Of a stretch of 64,000 nucleotides of DNA, positions 25,201 to 38,199 are shown piece by piece. The position numbers were made by a program, and so were the translations under genes. The notes beneath the pieces are model-generated. The model had not been told where the DNA came from. It worked only from the letters and a program-made list of their open reading frames with translations, and made no database searches. How positions within the stretch are numbered: the stretch's first letter is position 1; each line of letters starts with the position of its first letter. The stretch spans positions 496,001-560,000 of the forward strand of contig NEEC01000014.1 of NCBI GenBank assembly GCA_002189035.1, in the 5' to 3' direction. This DNA is from Utricularia gibba. Taxonomy: Eukaryota > Plantae > Magnoliophyta.

Positions 25201-28009
25201 ATGTCGGCTCTGTTTAAACACACAAAATACTGATCATTCATCACACATTACAGTATATTAGAAAATGTAACCTCCAACTTTGCAAGAATGAAATTTTGAC
25301 ATAACAACCACTGACAATAGGATTGAAAGAGCAATTCACCGGAAGTTTTTTGAAAGGTTCGGGACAGCATTATCATATCCCCTTCCCTGGACCGATGACA
25401 TTCGACTATCATCATCAGAAGACTGTAGCGATAAAGAATTAGCTTGAACATTTAGGTCATCAGAAGTTCCCGGAACGGATGCACCATGTGCAATTGCTGC
25501 TGCAACAGAGGCAGCTGCATAGTGTCCACTTAGGTTGCCCATGATCCATTCAATTGCTCTTTTGACTTCAGAAGCCCATAGCAAGCGTGTCTGCATTTAC
25601 TAAAAGAGCATAATCAAGTTACGGCTTGCCTACATTTGAATTATCCTATCAATATAGGGAGTCGATTTCATGATACAAGAAAAAAGAAACTTCCAAAACT
25701 GCATAACAATTTTAAAATCAACAAACAGAAATACAATTAAATAAAAGCCCTTGTATCCTCATTTCCTCAGTAAATAAATTACTAAAGACCATTCCAATTA
25801 ATTGTATTGGTGCAGGCATAGAGTAACATGAAAAAAAAAAAACTCAGTAATACATTACCTGCACTATTTTAAAGACTTCCTCCAACAGTTTCAGAAACCT
25901 ATCAGGTGACAAACTTTTTAATTTACTCCCAAGTGATGAGCTCCCGCCTATATAACAGTATTAAATAAGAACGAAAATAAGCAGAGTCACCAAGGACAAG
26001 CACATTTGGTTACAGCGGATCCTTTCCTGCAGCATCACTTACCATCAGTCTCCGAAATCCCCTCACCAGAAATAGTATCAGGGTCCATCGGCATGCTCAG
26101 AACTCTTATCTTCACAGCAGTTCTTAAATCAGATGCAAGTGTATCACGGTAGACTCTCAATACAGATGGAAGTTTCCCCTGAAAATCACCAATTGCAGCA
26201 TTAACTTGTCAACATTGTAAGAAGAAATCTGGATAGCGATTGCTGAATTCAAAAGGCTCACTGTTCTAAGCAATCCAATGACAAGAGGAAGCAGTTCTTC
26301 ATGAAAATTAGACTTCAGTTCTTCTTCCAGTCTAACCTGCAGGTTCAAGCAGCAATGGTAAGCTCTATGACAAATATATTCACGTATTTAACTAGCACAG
26401 CATTTGCAGTTGGAATTAATAGCACTGTCACTGCAAATGAACATGTTGAATAATTATAGAAGTGGAAGAAACACCAAGATGAAATGCCGATCAAGAGTAG
26501 CAGTTTAAACTTTGTCAGCACTTACTTCCTCATATGTTCCATTAGAATTTCCAGTAGATGTAGACATTATCATATCAACACCTCCAGGACCATGCAAAGA
26601 TACATGAATAAAGTCTGCTGAAAGAATGCTACAAGAATGAATCTGGTGAGTCAAAATATCAGTTTACTATTACCAAAATGTTACAATAATAATACAATGA
26701 GATAAAGGAACCCATGAAACAAATTAAAGACAATGAAAAGCTTGCCCAAAAAAATGCAAAAGGAACTTGAGGAGAAACAAATTTACAAACCTGTTGACAG
26801 AATCCAAAGATGATGATAAATGGTCACGGAGATGACGAAAGCAATGCAACCCAATCAACTCATCTCTATCCTATAGAAAGCATGTATGCATCAGACAACC
26901 TTGGAAATCAAGAAGCGTATGCAGAGTTGAATGAATAAAATTTTAATTCAATTCTAGAAGAAAGATGCGTTATGAGATTGTGAATGATCCAGAGAAACTT
27001 CTGCTTGACAGCAAAATCAAAAGGACAAGATCAGAGACAGAAAGCTTACAAGCAGTTGCTGTAAATCATCTGCAATATCTAATGCGCCAAGACAATCTGA
27101 AGATGCAACAAGCTGCAGATAACAAATCGCATGGCAAGTGAGAATCACCATATGGCAGCTTAATATGGTTTTGCTTTAAAACAATACCGATAAAGATTGT
27201 TCTGAAATTTACCAACTGAAGAGTGGAAACAGCCTGATTTACCGAAAGGATGAGCCTTAACTTGTTCTGCAAGGTGATCAAATCAGCCCTTTTCGTGCTC
27301 AGTTCCTGCACTGTTCTCGCAGAACCAACTAAATCGGAATCCAAAATTCTAATCTTTTCCTTCAACTCGCCAACCCTATCGCACCCTTGAACCACCATAG
27401 AGTTCAAATGCTCCAACTGCTCCTGTGCCTCATAAAAGGAACTTGACCGCATAGATATCTCCCTAACGAGATGTAGCTCAACCACATCCAAGTAATGAGA
27501 TAATCTCTCTTGCAATGCAACATTCTCCGACATCGTTACAAAAGGGCATGCCGCCTTGAAAGTGGCGCCATCTTCCAACTGAAAATCCTCCTTAAAATAT
27601 AAAGCAGGAACTTCCCTCAAACAAGCAACCAATGCTTCCCCAGCAGCCCCACCACTGGGAAGTGCATCGCCCTCGTGATCCCGATCGTGCTGCCGGAGAA
27701 TGTCAATAAAACGAGAGTGAGATTCCGCGATCGCTGATATGTAAGGCAGAAAATCGGATCGAGTGAGTTCGGATCCGGGTCTTGGAGTAGAGGCAAGAGG
27801 AACGAACTCAGGAAATGGGACGACACCGGAAGACGGCCACCACCCTACGACGGAGGATGAAGGATTAGGGTTGTTGAGAATCGAAAAGAAACTCTGACTC
27901 CCCCATCGGCGATCGATTTGGATAAAGAGGATGCCGAAATGTAACTGGATGCTGCTTTCTTGTCGAATGACGATGGCCTTCCCGGTGACTGAGGTGGCGG
28001 TGAATCCAT
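22267..28009 (-). CDS. VPS54: GARP complex subunit VPS54, multi-exon (apparent 1-nt frameshift at 27900-27904)
   Basis: SILNNP...SELTRSDF, LVACLREVPALYFKEDFQLEDGATFKAACPF, LSHYLDVVELHLVREIS, GHYAAASVAAAIAHG, ENWSEIDVPEEFQSIV, HMVNCG. ATG 28009, TGA 22267-22269. Confidence 0.93.
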
Positions 28010-29420
28010 AAGCACCGATCGCTGAGCTACCGGAGTTGCAGACGAGATGAAAAACGCGATCCGCCCACCAAAAGCCACATCAAGATTCTGGAGAAGAATC
28101 AACCACGACCTCTTGATTCCCTAGCAACGGAAACGGAAGCGAGAAATGGAGGTGAAGGATCATCCGCCAACGGCGCGTGGACCGGTTTTGTGCAAAAACC
28201 GGTGCACTTGTACCTATGAGGTCTGACGCGAATTGTAGTTGTACCTAGACGAGAGGGAAAAATAGCAATCACTCACCTTAATTGCGTGTTTTGATGAATT
28301 TATTAATACAAATTCGGGTTTAATTGTTTGATTATAGTTTATACGCCTAACCATTAAATAAGATATGGGCCGTCATGAACCAGCAGCCCAAAGCCCATAC
28401 TTTTACTGGGCCCCAAGTCACCTGCTTCTATAAACGCCTCAGTCAGGGTCTTACCCTAGAGGGACATCACGATGTAGAATTCTCCTCGGCATCTCCGCCG
28501 CCGCTACGATTCGTAGTCCAGTTTCAGAAATTTTTCTTCTCCGCTGTCCACAGTTTGCCGCCGATGAGGAAGAATTCCCAAGTATAGGAAGTGCCGTATG
28601 AAACTAGAACCCAGCGTGTATCGGCCGTCACGCCATTTCCATCCCCGCCGCCAACCTATTGTCTCTGTGACAAAACGTTGTTCGTCGGTCGGAGTGTCGT
28701 CCAGCGGATCCGCTGGGTTCGTGATTTTTAACGGGTCTCTGAGGCTCTTCGTTTCGCAAAATTCTCTCTATAGTAATTGTCTCCATTTTACTCCCGGTCG
28801 AACGCCACGTCGCCGGTAGCAAGATGATTGCAGTGACCGGCGGTGTCAGGTTTCGACCAAGACCAAAATCTTTCGCATGTTGATAGGAACCCATGGATCG
28901 ATTTCCTCGACTGATCCACGGAGCCGTTTTCTGCGATTACATTTCTCCTTTGTCACTCAGTTTTCCTTGAGGCCAGTGATGAACGCAAACTTTTTCTGGA
29001 ATTACCGTCTGAAATCAATGTTGATTATCGATCGACTATCTGAGGCCTAATGTTTAATTTTCATTTTTAATTTTTTAAAACATTTTGTTTTCTCTGGTCA
29101 AAGGGATTATAGCAGGAATACGAGATTAATATTGTAATCAATATTAATTCAATTAATACAGTCTAATAGAAAAATATTAGTAGAGTAGACGAACTGCTTC
29201 GGACACCAGGACTATAAAATTGGTCAAGTAAAATAATATAATTTAACAGAATACGATATAGTACATTAAATGCAGTAAATTAATAGTGATATTAATATAT
29301 TAGTAGGATTATTTTATTTTAGTTTAAATAACATATTTTGTAAACCAGGACTGTTTCGGAAACGCTGGACAACCGTTGAGGAAGACGAAGGGCGGAAGGA
29401 AAATTACCTGGGTGAGATGA

Positions 29421-31025
29421 TTAGGAGAAGCCGGGGACTTCGCCGGGGAGGGAGCCAGGTCGTTATTGGCGAACCGGTCTTCGTCGTAGAAGGTGGCACG
29501 GACTACTCTGCCGCCGAAGAACCGGCCTTCGAGTTCGATGATCGCTTTCGTCGCTTGCTCCGCCTTTTCGAATTCGATGAATATCCGGACGGCTTCCTCG
29601 TGGGGGAAGTTCGCTTCAGTGATCTCGAATATGAGGACTCGAGTAACTGTGCCGAACTTTGCGCATTCCTCTGCAACCTCCCCTTCCAAGTCGTCATCTA
29701 CCTCGCCTGGGCCAACCTTCAGTGACCATCAAAAGATTGTCAGCTCACTCAGCAAACAAACAACACAAGCTGATGGATACCGATCAGTATGCATGATTCT
29801 TCTTTTACGTTTTAGCTGATGAAAATGAACATCCAAGTTTGGAAGAACATGTCTTATTCAAAGATCAGCTAGGAAATAAGAAAAGTGATGACCAAACAGT
29901 GGAATACTTGCTTCTAAATCCATTCCTATGGGTTTTTTGATATGCACATTCTCCACTTGTCAAACATTCAGAGGTAAAAAATGATGGATACAGAACTATT
30001 ATTTATTTCAAAGAAGTGCCACTAGTTTGGAAGATACCTAGATTCAGGTTTTCCACTATGGTTTTGAGTGCATCTATCATGTTAGCACACAAAAAAGACT
30101 ATCTGTAGACTCATATTTCCAGGTAGTTCGAAAAGGGTATCAATTGAAGAAGATAAAAGCGTAGAAAGGTGATTACCATGTTCCTGAGAAGCACCACTTT
30201 GGTGGGAAGTCCATTGAAACTGACACTCTTAACCTTCTTGCTAGATTCACTGGCATTCACTATAACCCCGGCTCTTTTATCTGTTTTCTTCGCTACTAAT
30301 GGAGTTGTAATCCCTTGTTCCTGCCTTCCTAAACCTTGACCCTCTTTCCATCCCATCTTAGCCATCATCCTCTGTGCTGCAGTCATCTTACCTTCAGATC
30401 CCAACCCCAATCCACCGCTATCGGACTTCCCAATTGTGAATCCTTCTCCTCCACCGCCGTTGCCAGATGGAGGAGATGGGGATCTCGGTACACCACCACT
30501 TCCGCTGAGACCAGCCCTCCTCCGCCATGCCTCCTCCCCGGATATGCTCAATTGCTTCTCCCTCTCACGCTCCCTCTCCGACCTCTCTCGCTCTTCCCTT
30601 TCCCTCTCCTTCCTCTCCCGTTCTTCCAATTCTCTCCGCACTTCCTCCTCGCTCTGCCTTCGCTTGCGCTCCCGACAATACTCCTCATAATCGTTTGGCT
30701 TCGCGGGGTCATATTCATCAACCACAGAGCTGGTAACACCAACTAGTGCCGGGTGAAACGAAACGGGGATCGGATTAGGGTTTCGGTTCTCCTCGGATGT
30801 CGAATTCGATGAAACACTAGCCTTGACGACCGCAGCCGATTGAGACACCTTCGGCCTTACAGCTGGCGGCCTTAGTATCGTCTGCGGCGGCGCAAAGGGC
30901 TTACGAAGCGTCGGCGGCGCCATCTTCACACTGCTCGACCACACATTCGATGCCTGCGCTGTGTTTGAGTTATCATCCGCACTGGATGACGGCGGCGGAA
31001 GGTCACCATACAAACCTCCAAGCAT
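29421..31025 (-). CDS. DRT111: DRT111/SPF45 splicing factor (G-patch plus UHM), 2 exons; apparent 1-nt frameshift at 29445-29448
   Basis: MLGGLYGDLPPPS start, EYDPAKPNDYE, G-patch MMAKMGWKEGQGLG, UHM VGPGEVDDDLEGEVAEECAKFG...GRFFGGRVVRATFY. The corrected end is LAPSPGEVPGFS*. Confidence 0.94.
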
Positions 31026-31498
31026 TTCTTTCCGGCAGCCAGAAGCCTCTCCGACAGATTCGCAATGCGGGAAACGTCACGCTGCTCCCTCCTCCCCAGA
31101 GACGACCGAAGGCAATTTTATCGGGTCACCTCTCCGTAACCCATGAACGACAATGGGCCTACGCAAACCCATCGACAAAGCCCATGAGCCCGGTACAAGA
31201 ACAAGCTGTTTCATTTTTTAAAAAAATAAAAGCAAATTTATAATTTTATTCCATAATATTAATTATTATAAAGAAAATGATAATATTAAAAAAAAAAAAA
31301 AAGAAAACACCAAAGTGGAAGAGCAATCACAGAAATCCATCGGAAAATGAAAAAGACTGAGCAGCAAACAAATCTTAGCAGCTTCGCTCAGAAACCCAGC
31401 AACGTGGCGAAGCAGATTCAAGTCATGTGGCCGCTGAAAACGAAGAGAAAAGGATCAGAGAGATAAGGGGACTGCAAAATACCTTCCAATGAGGACAA

Positions 31499-33566
31499 TC
31501 AGATCTGGTTTTCCAGGTCCTTGGAGTTCAAAAATGTCCCATGGAATCCGTAAGGGACTCTAGAAGGAAGTTTTACCGAAGCTTCAAGTTTCAAGCTCCC
31601 GGCGTTTATGATTTGCAGCTCCGACTTGCACGTCTTCTCGTCGTGTACCAGTGCTAAAACGTACCCTTCATCTTCTGTTCCTCCTTCTACTTCATTAGAC
31701 ACAAACAACGGCTCGCCGCCGAACCGCCGATCCCCGTACTGAAACATCTGGTGTTCCCCTGTTTGGAGGTCAACTTTCGCCATCCCTGAAACCTTCGGCC
31801 ACGGCTCTGCGATTGAAAGATAGGCGTACCTTGTTTTCCGGCCGAGGAAGCGGCGGTTGACTGTTCCTGCTTCCAGATTCAGGGTCTTGATTATGGGTTT
31901 CTTTAAGCACGCCCCTGTTTTCAGATTTAGGCGAAACTCAGACAGGACGTTGCTGGGGATTTCGTCGTTGTCCCGGAATATCATGTCCGGCGGAGTCATG
32001 CATGAGCCAACCACCACCACTGTTTGGCAAACACTACCTGAGTTAGGGTCCGTACGGTGTAACTGTATTGTAAATTCTGAAAACAAACCTTCGTCGTGCT
32101 CTGGCTCCTCCCATGCGTTCCAGAGGTGAAAGCAAAAGCTATCGTGGCAATTGACCCAATTGATATCTTTGCCGTTTTCTGCGGATTTGGACAGAATTCC
32201 GAATCGGGAAACCTTATCCTTCTCGTACATCACCGGTGAACCGCCGATGATCATTTCTTGGAGCTTGAATACGATTTGGTGATCAGGGATCACGACGAAG
32301 TTTTCAGTAATGGCGAAATCGTGGGTCATCGTCGGGATCTTCATGGGAATCTCTAATTCCAGAGATTTATTCCCGTCGGCCGAGAATTTCAAGGTTTTTA
32401 AATACGGCTTGTGAGCGACGTCGTAGCTCAATGCGAATAGCTCGCCGGAATCGGGGTCGATTTTCGTGTGAGCTGTCATTGTGTTGCTCAATTGACCGGA
32501 AAAATCATACCTTCCAACGGTTTGAAGATCGCCGGCGGGGGTGACGCGAACGTGGTACGGAAGATCATCTTCAGACAGGGCTAGGATTCGTCTATTGAAG
32601 TAAACTAAGCCGGCATTTGCTGCCCCGCCGCCGCGGCTAAAATCAAGTAGCCCGCATAATACCTGTCGGAGATTATCTGAGATCAAGACCTTTAAATTAC
32701 CTCTTTGGTGTTAAAATGCAAATACCCTTCCGGTGAACAGCAGCAGCCGTGCAATCCCGCCGTGACCGTGGAGTTCACCGATTGCTTTCGGGAAAACCGG
32801 CCGGCCCACTTCCTTCTCTTGCATCAGTCTTTCGGTCTGGGTGAAACGGCAGGCGTAGCTGACGGTGCCGTTGAACGTGACGGCATGAATCATGCCGTCT
32901 CCGTCGAACAAGTGGTGCCCGGAAAGCGGCGCGTGAAGTGGGTTCGCTCCGTTTCGCAGGTAAACCCCATTAATGCACTCGGGTATCACTCCCTCGACGT
33001 CTAAGTTATGCGAAACAGAATGTTCTTCCACCGGCGAGAAATTCCCCGCCAGCTGAACACTCGGGTCCGTCGCCCTAGGCCGCGCGTGGACGCTCTCCCA
33101 CGACACCAACGCGTTTTCCACCGCATTGAAGAACACCGCCGCGCCAGTTTGAAACACGTTCCACCTCTCCAACAGCCTCGGCGGCGCGTGCATCCCCTCA
33201 AAGTCCCCTCTGCACAATATTACCACACGTGAATTCTTCCTAGTTGCCACCACCTTCTTCCTACCCTCAACACCAAAACTCTGCAACACAAGAAACAATC
33301 AGCAATTCCAGACCAAAACACATTTCCATCTACTTGCAGGCGCATTTACAACCAAAAAAACCAGATGAATCGACATCAGAAACACGAAGCACACACAAAA
33401 CATGACAAAATCAGAATGTTGCTACCACAATCATCCTCACAAAGAAACAACAGAAAAACAACAGAAGTGAGTGACATGCAGAAAATTACCGTACATGGAG
33501 CTTGTGGATGGGGGGTTGACCGGTAACCGTGAGCAATAAAAGAACTGAGGATGAAGATGGAGCCAT
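31499..33566 (-). CDS. NCED: 9-cis-epoxycarotenoid dioxygenase (NCED-type), divergent, predicted 4 exons
   Basis: [45 protein letters not shown], and all four Fe-ligand His ([23 protein letters not shown]). Predicted introns 33281-33494, 32663-32725 and 32020-32088. Exon 1 is the least certain. Confidence 0.88.
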
Positions 33567-33818
33567 GCTGCTCTACCTGCCCGCCTGAATGGGGTATATA
33601 ACCAGGAGCCAATTGACAAAAAATAGCCTCAAGAGCCTCAAAATATCTCACTTCTGGCCCACGAATTTGTCGGCCATCGTTAGGGCACGTATGCAGTACA
33701 CTGAAGAATACCAGGTATATTGCACTAACTGAGATCACCTCCGCCCTGAAGTTTGAGCTTGCTGCTGCTGCTGTTATTTGAAGGGGAGACTCGCGAGACA
33801 CCTCGCATGGGGCCAGCA

Positions 33819-34036
33819 GGACACGGTGTCCCTTCGCACTGATGAACTAGTTCGCTGCCCCTTGAACTCAGTGGTGACCTGCTGAAAGGCAATATGTGGT
33901 GCGCGAGGAAGGCGGCTTCTATCTCAGCTCATGCCGACAGGCAATCACCTCATCATGGGGTGTGGAAGGGGTCATTGGTTCCGACCAACTTGCATGAAAC
34001 AAGACACTCCGTGTCGGCCAACTGGACACCGTGTCC
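33819..34036. repeat. 218-bp segment bounded by a 13-bp inverted repeat (possible MITE remnant)
   Basis: GGACACGGTGTCC (33819-33831) and GGACACCGTGTCC (34024-34036) are exact reverse complements. No clear TSD. Confidence 0.35.
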
Positions 34037-34270
34037 GTCCCTCAGCGAGACCGGTATTTCCATATGTATATACAAATAGCATGCCAACAAAGTGACTCAG
34101 AAAGGATAGAACCTTCAGGGGAGTGTACTTTCGATCCAGTACACGTGTTGGTGTTTGGTTGGCTGTCCTTCAGTAGAGCCCCTAGAATTGACGTGTTTTG
34201 ACCTTTTTAAAGCTAAATATCTTTCGGGCTTCAGTAATGAGTTGACGCACACCGGCATATTTTGTAGTCC

Positions 34271-34323
34271 GGCCCAATGGGCTGTATTGAGTTGGCCCAA
34301 ATGCGGTGATTGAATTAGGGTTT
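34271..34323. promoter_or_regulatory. Site II motifs plus telo-box upstream of RPL18a
   Basis: GGCCCA, TGGGCT, GGCCCA and TTAGGGTTT (34315-34323). Confidence 0.7.
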
Positions 34324-34380
34324 TCAGATCATCCATGGCAGCAAAATCAAAGGGGAGACGCTGGGCGGCGTGGAGTGAAG

Positions 34381-35281
<901 letters not shown>

Positions 35282-35487
35282 GTGTTTGGGACCAAGCAGT
35301 TGGCTTATTCCTCATTTAGCAGAGCTCTTGTTTTGGATTGTTGTTTTTGTCGTACTTTTCGTGCTGCTTCATGGGGCATGCATATTTTCATGAATTCTCC
35401 GACTTCGATGATAATGCTCTTTGTTTCATGTTCTTGTTATTGAGCTTTGATATGCCTTATATGCTTACAAGGAGAATGAATATCTGA

Positions 35488-36655
35488 TCATGTTGAGGTT
35501 GTCTCCTCTACCTCCATGTTCTCATAACCATGTTCTGCATTGTGATCATTGAGGTAATGGTGGTATGCATAGGATGCAAACCCCCAAACTGCCAAAAAGA
35601 TGGATATGCCTTGAATCGCATCCATTTTCTCGTGAAAGAATACAGCTGCAAATACGGCAACAAACGGCAAACTCACAGCGCTCATGACATTGGAGAACAG
35701 GGATGAAACTTGGAAGACTAATCCGATGGATCCGATCCCAAATACTTGCCATGAGATTGATATCACGGTGAGAATTATCAAATAAACTGCTGTTCCAGAT
35801 TGGAAACTCCTCATCTCCTGTCTCAGAAGACTCCATTCTCCCCTGGCACAGAGTGCCACTGCAACAACCAAAGTTGCAACCAGCGATTGGCATACTGCTG
35901 CATTCACAACCGTGGAAAGGGTCTCTCTTTTGAGCAACCTGTTGAAGAACAGCTGAGCCAAAGAGTACTCAAATGAATACAGCCCCGAAGCTGCAAGGGT
36001 GCTGGCGAATCCTGTCACGAAATGTTTACTCCCATGGCTTGCAGCAGGATTCTGGCTGTGATGACGATCACATTGCAGTATCAGAACGGATGAAACTGTG
36101 ATGAGCACAAGGGAGTTGACTATTGGTGGGGTATACTTTTGCTTGTTAAGGATGAAGGAAAACAACGCAATGAAGCCCAGCTGGGTGGTGCTGACGAGGG
36201 AGAAAACTGAAACCGGAAGTTCTCGCAGTCCGATTGCATACAATACACTGCTCGCTGCTTGAACAAATCCCAAGCACATAAAAACTGCACCTTTCAGCAG
36301 CTGTGATTCCTGGTGCTGCTGATCCATTGCTTCCTCTTTCCTCGTGAAGTATATCGCAAACGGAAGGAGAATCGGAAATCCTGCACTTTCCAGAAATGCC
36401 GCAAGCAGGAAACTCTTCCCACCTCTGGTGTAATACACGCTCCCGAGGAGTGTGGAGACAGACTGCCCAAGGAAAACAAGAGCGGCATTGATCGCCATAC
36501 GACGCCAGCAAGTCTTCTTCTTCTTCTTCCCTGAAGAGATTCCATTATCTAGGTCCTCAGTTTGCTGTTCAACTGTACAACACAAGAAAGCATCAAGCTT
36601 TGGCCTGAATCCATGCTATTCTTCACACAAGCAACAGTCTTTTACCTGAATCCAT
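35488..36655 (-). CDS. Purine permease (PUP) family transporter
   Basis: LGQSVSTLLGSVYYTRGGKS, LESAGFPILLP, LPVSVFSLVSTTQLGF, VWGFASYAYHHYL, ~10 hydrophobic segments. Predicted tiny exon 1 ATGGATTCAG (36655-36646), then an intron to 36574. Confidence 0.88.
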
Positions 36656-37010
36656 TCCCCCGTTCGCCATAACCACGAACCCGTATCGAATCCACGACTA
36701 GATTATATGTAAATGTCACGGTGCAGAGATGGATGGGTTAGGTTTGGCATGAGATGCGTGATAATGCTTTCCAAGAAGCAAGAAATAGTTGGAACGCCAA
36801 CTTTGTGTGAGTTCTGAGATTCGCGACACGCGTGTCGCAGACTCCTCAGAAATCAACCGTGGCCTTTTTAAGGTCTGCCTACGCGGTAGAATGAATTTCG
36901 AATTCTTCTTTTCCGGACGAAAATCTGACCATTGCCCCCGGCCGGATTTTTAAAATAATCCGGTGCCTTTTCAGCCAGCTTGGAAATTCAAAAATCTTGC
37001 TGCGATCCAA

Positions 37011-37858
37011 GAATGGTGAAGAGAAAGCCGACCGCCTCGTTGAAGACCTGGATGGCACGGCCAGGCCGTCGGAAGAAATCCCCCATCAAGAACGCCGCTG
37101 GCGCAGTCGTAACTTCAATCAACCGATCCATTAACTGCTGCCACCGCCGCCTGCTCAAGATCTTCAACAAACTGTCCCGCATCGCCACTCCTAAAACAAC
37201 CCCTCGCAAGGTGGGGTACCGCGTGCTCGACAAGTTACCGACGATTCAATTGGACGTGCCGGCTCTGCGGAGAGCTCTTTTCGACGAGATATCTGTACTC
37301 CCTCCGCCCATTGTTCCTGAAAAGAAGACGGTGTTTCTGGATTTGGATGAGACCCTGGTGCACTCCACGCCTCATATCCCACCGGAGAAGTTCGATTTCG
37401 TTGTGAGGCCGGTTATTTCTGGGCAAAAGCTAGATTTTTACGTTCTTAAACGGCCCTTCGTGGATGATTTTCTACTATATCTGAGTCAGAAATTTGAGAT
37501 TGTTGTGTTCACTGCTGGCATCAAAGAGTACGCTTCCCTTGTGATCGATGAATTAGATTCGAGAAAGGTGATCTCTCATCGCCTGTACCGGGATTCCTGC
37601 AAGCAAATCAATGGGAATTTCGTGAAGGACTAATCCGAGACTGGGAGGGAACTTAAGAGGGTGATGATTTTGGATGACAACCCGTATTCCTATCAGTTTC
37701 AGCCGGAGAATGCAATTCCGATCACGTCCTTCTCCGGCAACGCCGAGGATGATGAGTTGAGGAAGATGATACCGTACTTGAAAGCATTTGAAGCAGTAGA
37801 TGATGTAAGAAAGGCCATCAAATGGTCCCCACCCATTTTGAATCCTCCAAATGTTTAG
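37011..37858 (+). pseudogene. CTD small phosphatase-like (NIF/FCP1 domain) gene with an in-frame TAA
   Basis: FLDLDETLVH, KRPFVDDFL, VFTAG, LYRDSC, then FVKD*SETGRELKRVMILDDNP...QPENAIPI in the same frame. The stop replaces the expected Leu. Confidence 0.8.
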
Positions 37859-38199
37859 TGCGTGGCCACACTCGCGCTTTGAATTTTAATTGTAATTAAT
37901 CTTTTTTTATTAAATCCCTTAAAATAATATTAAGATGGTAATGACCTTAATTAAATAAAAATTGGTTTGATTTACAATAATCGAATATTTGGAAAATAGA
38001 TTTTGATAATAATATTCAATAAATAATGAATATTACAAAAATTCATACGAAATGAAACAAAAGGAGAAGAAGCCGTGTCATTTCCCGCCTAAAGACGTTT
38101 GCTTTGGTCTAAAAGTCAAAGGGCACGCTCTCTTTTTTCATCCTTTTGTTTTTCTTGTCTGTCTTCGCTGTCCATTTCCCCTGAAACGGGAAGAACTCC

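Noticed and set aside
30336-30746. Pro/Ser/Leu-rich plus-strand ORFs
   Set aside because: Antisense shadows of the purine-rich E/R tract of DRT111.
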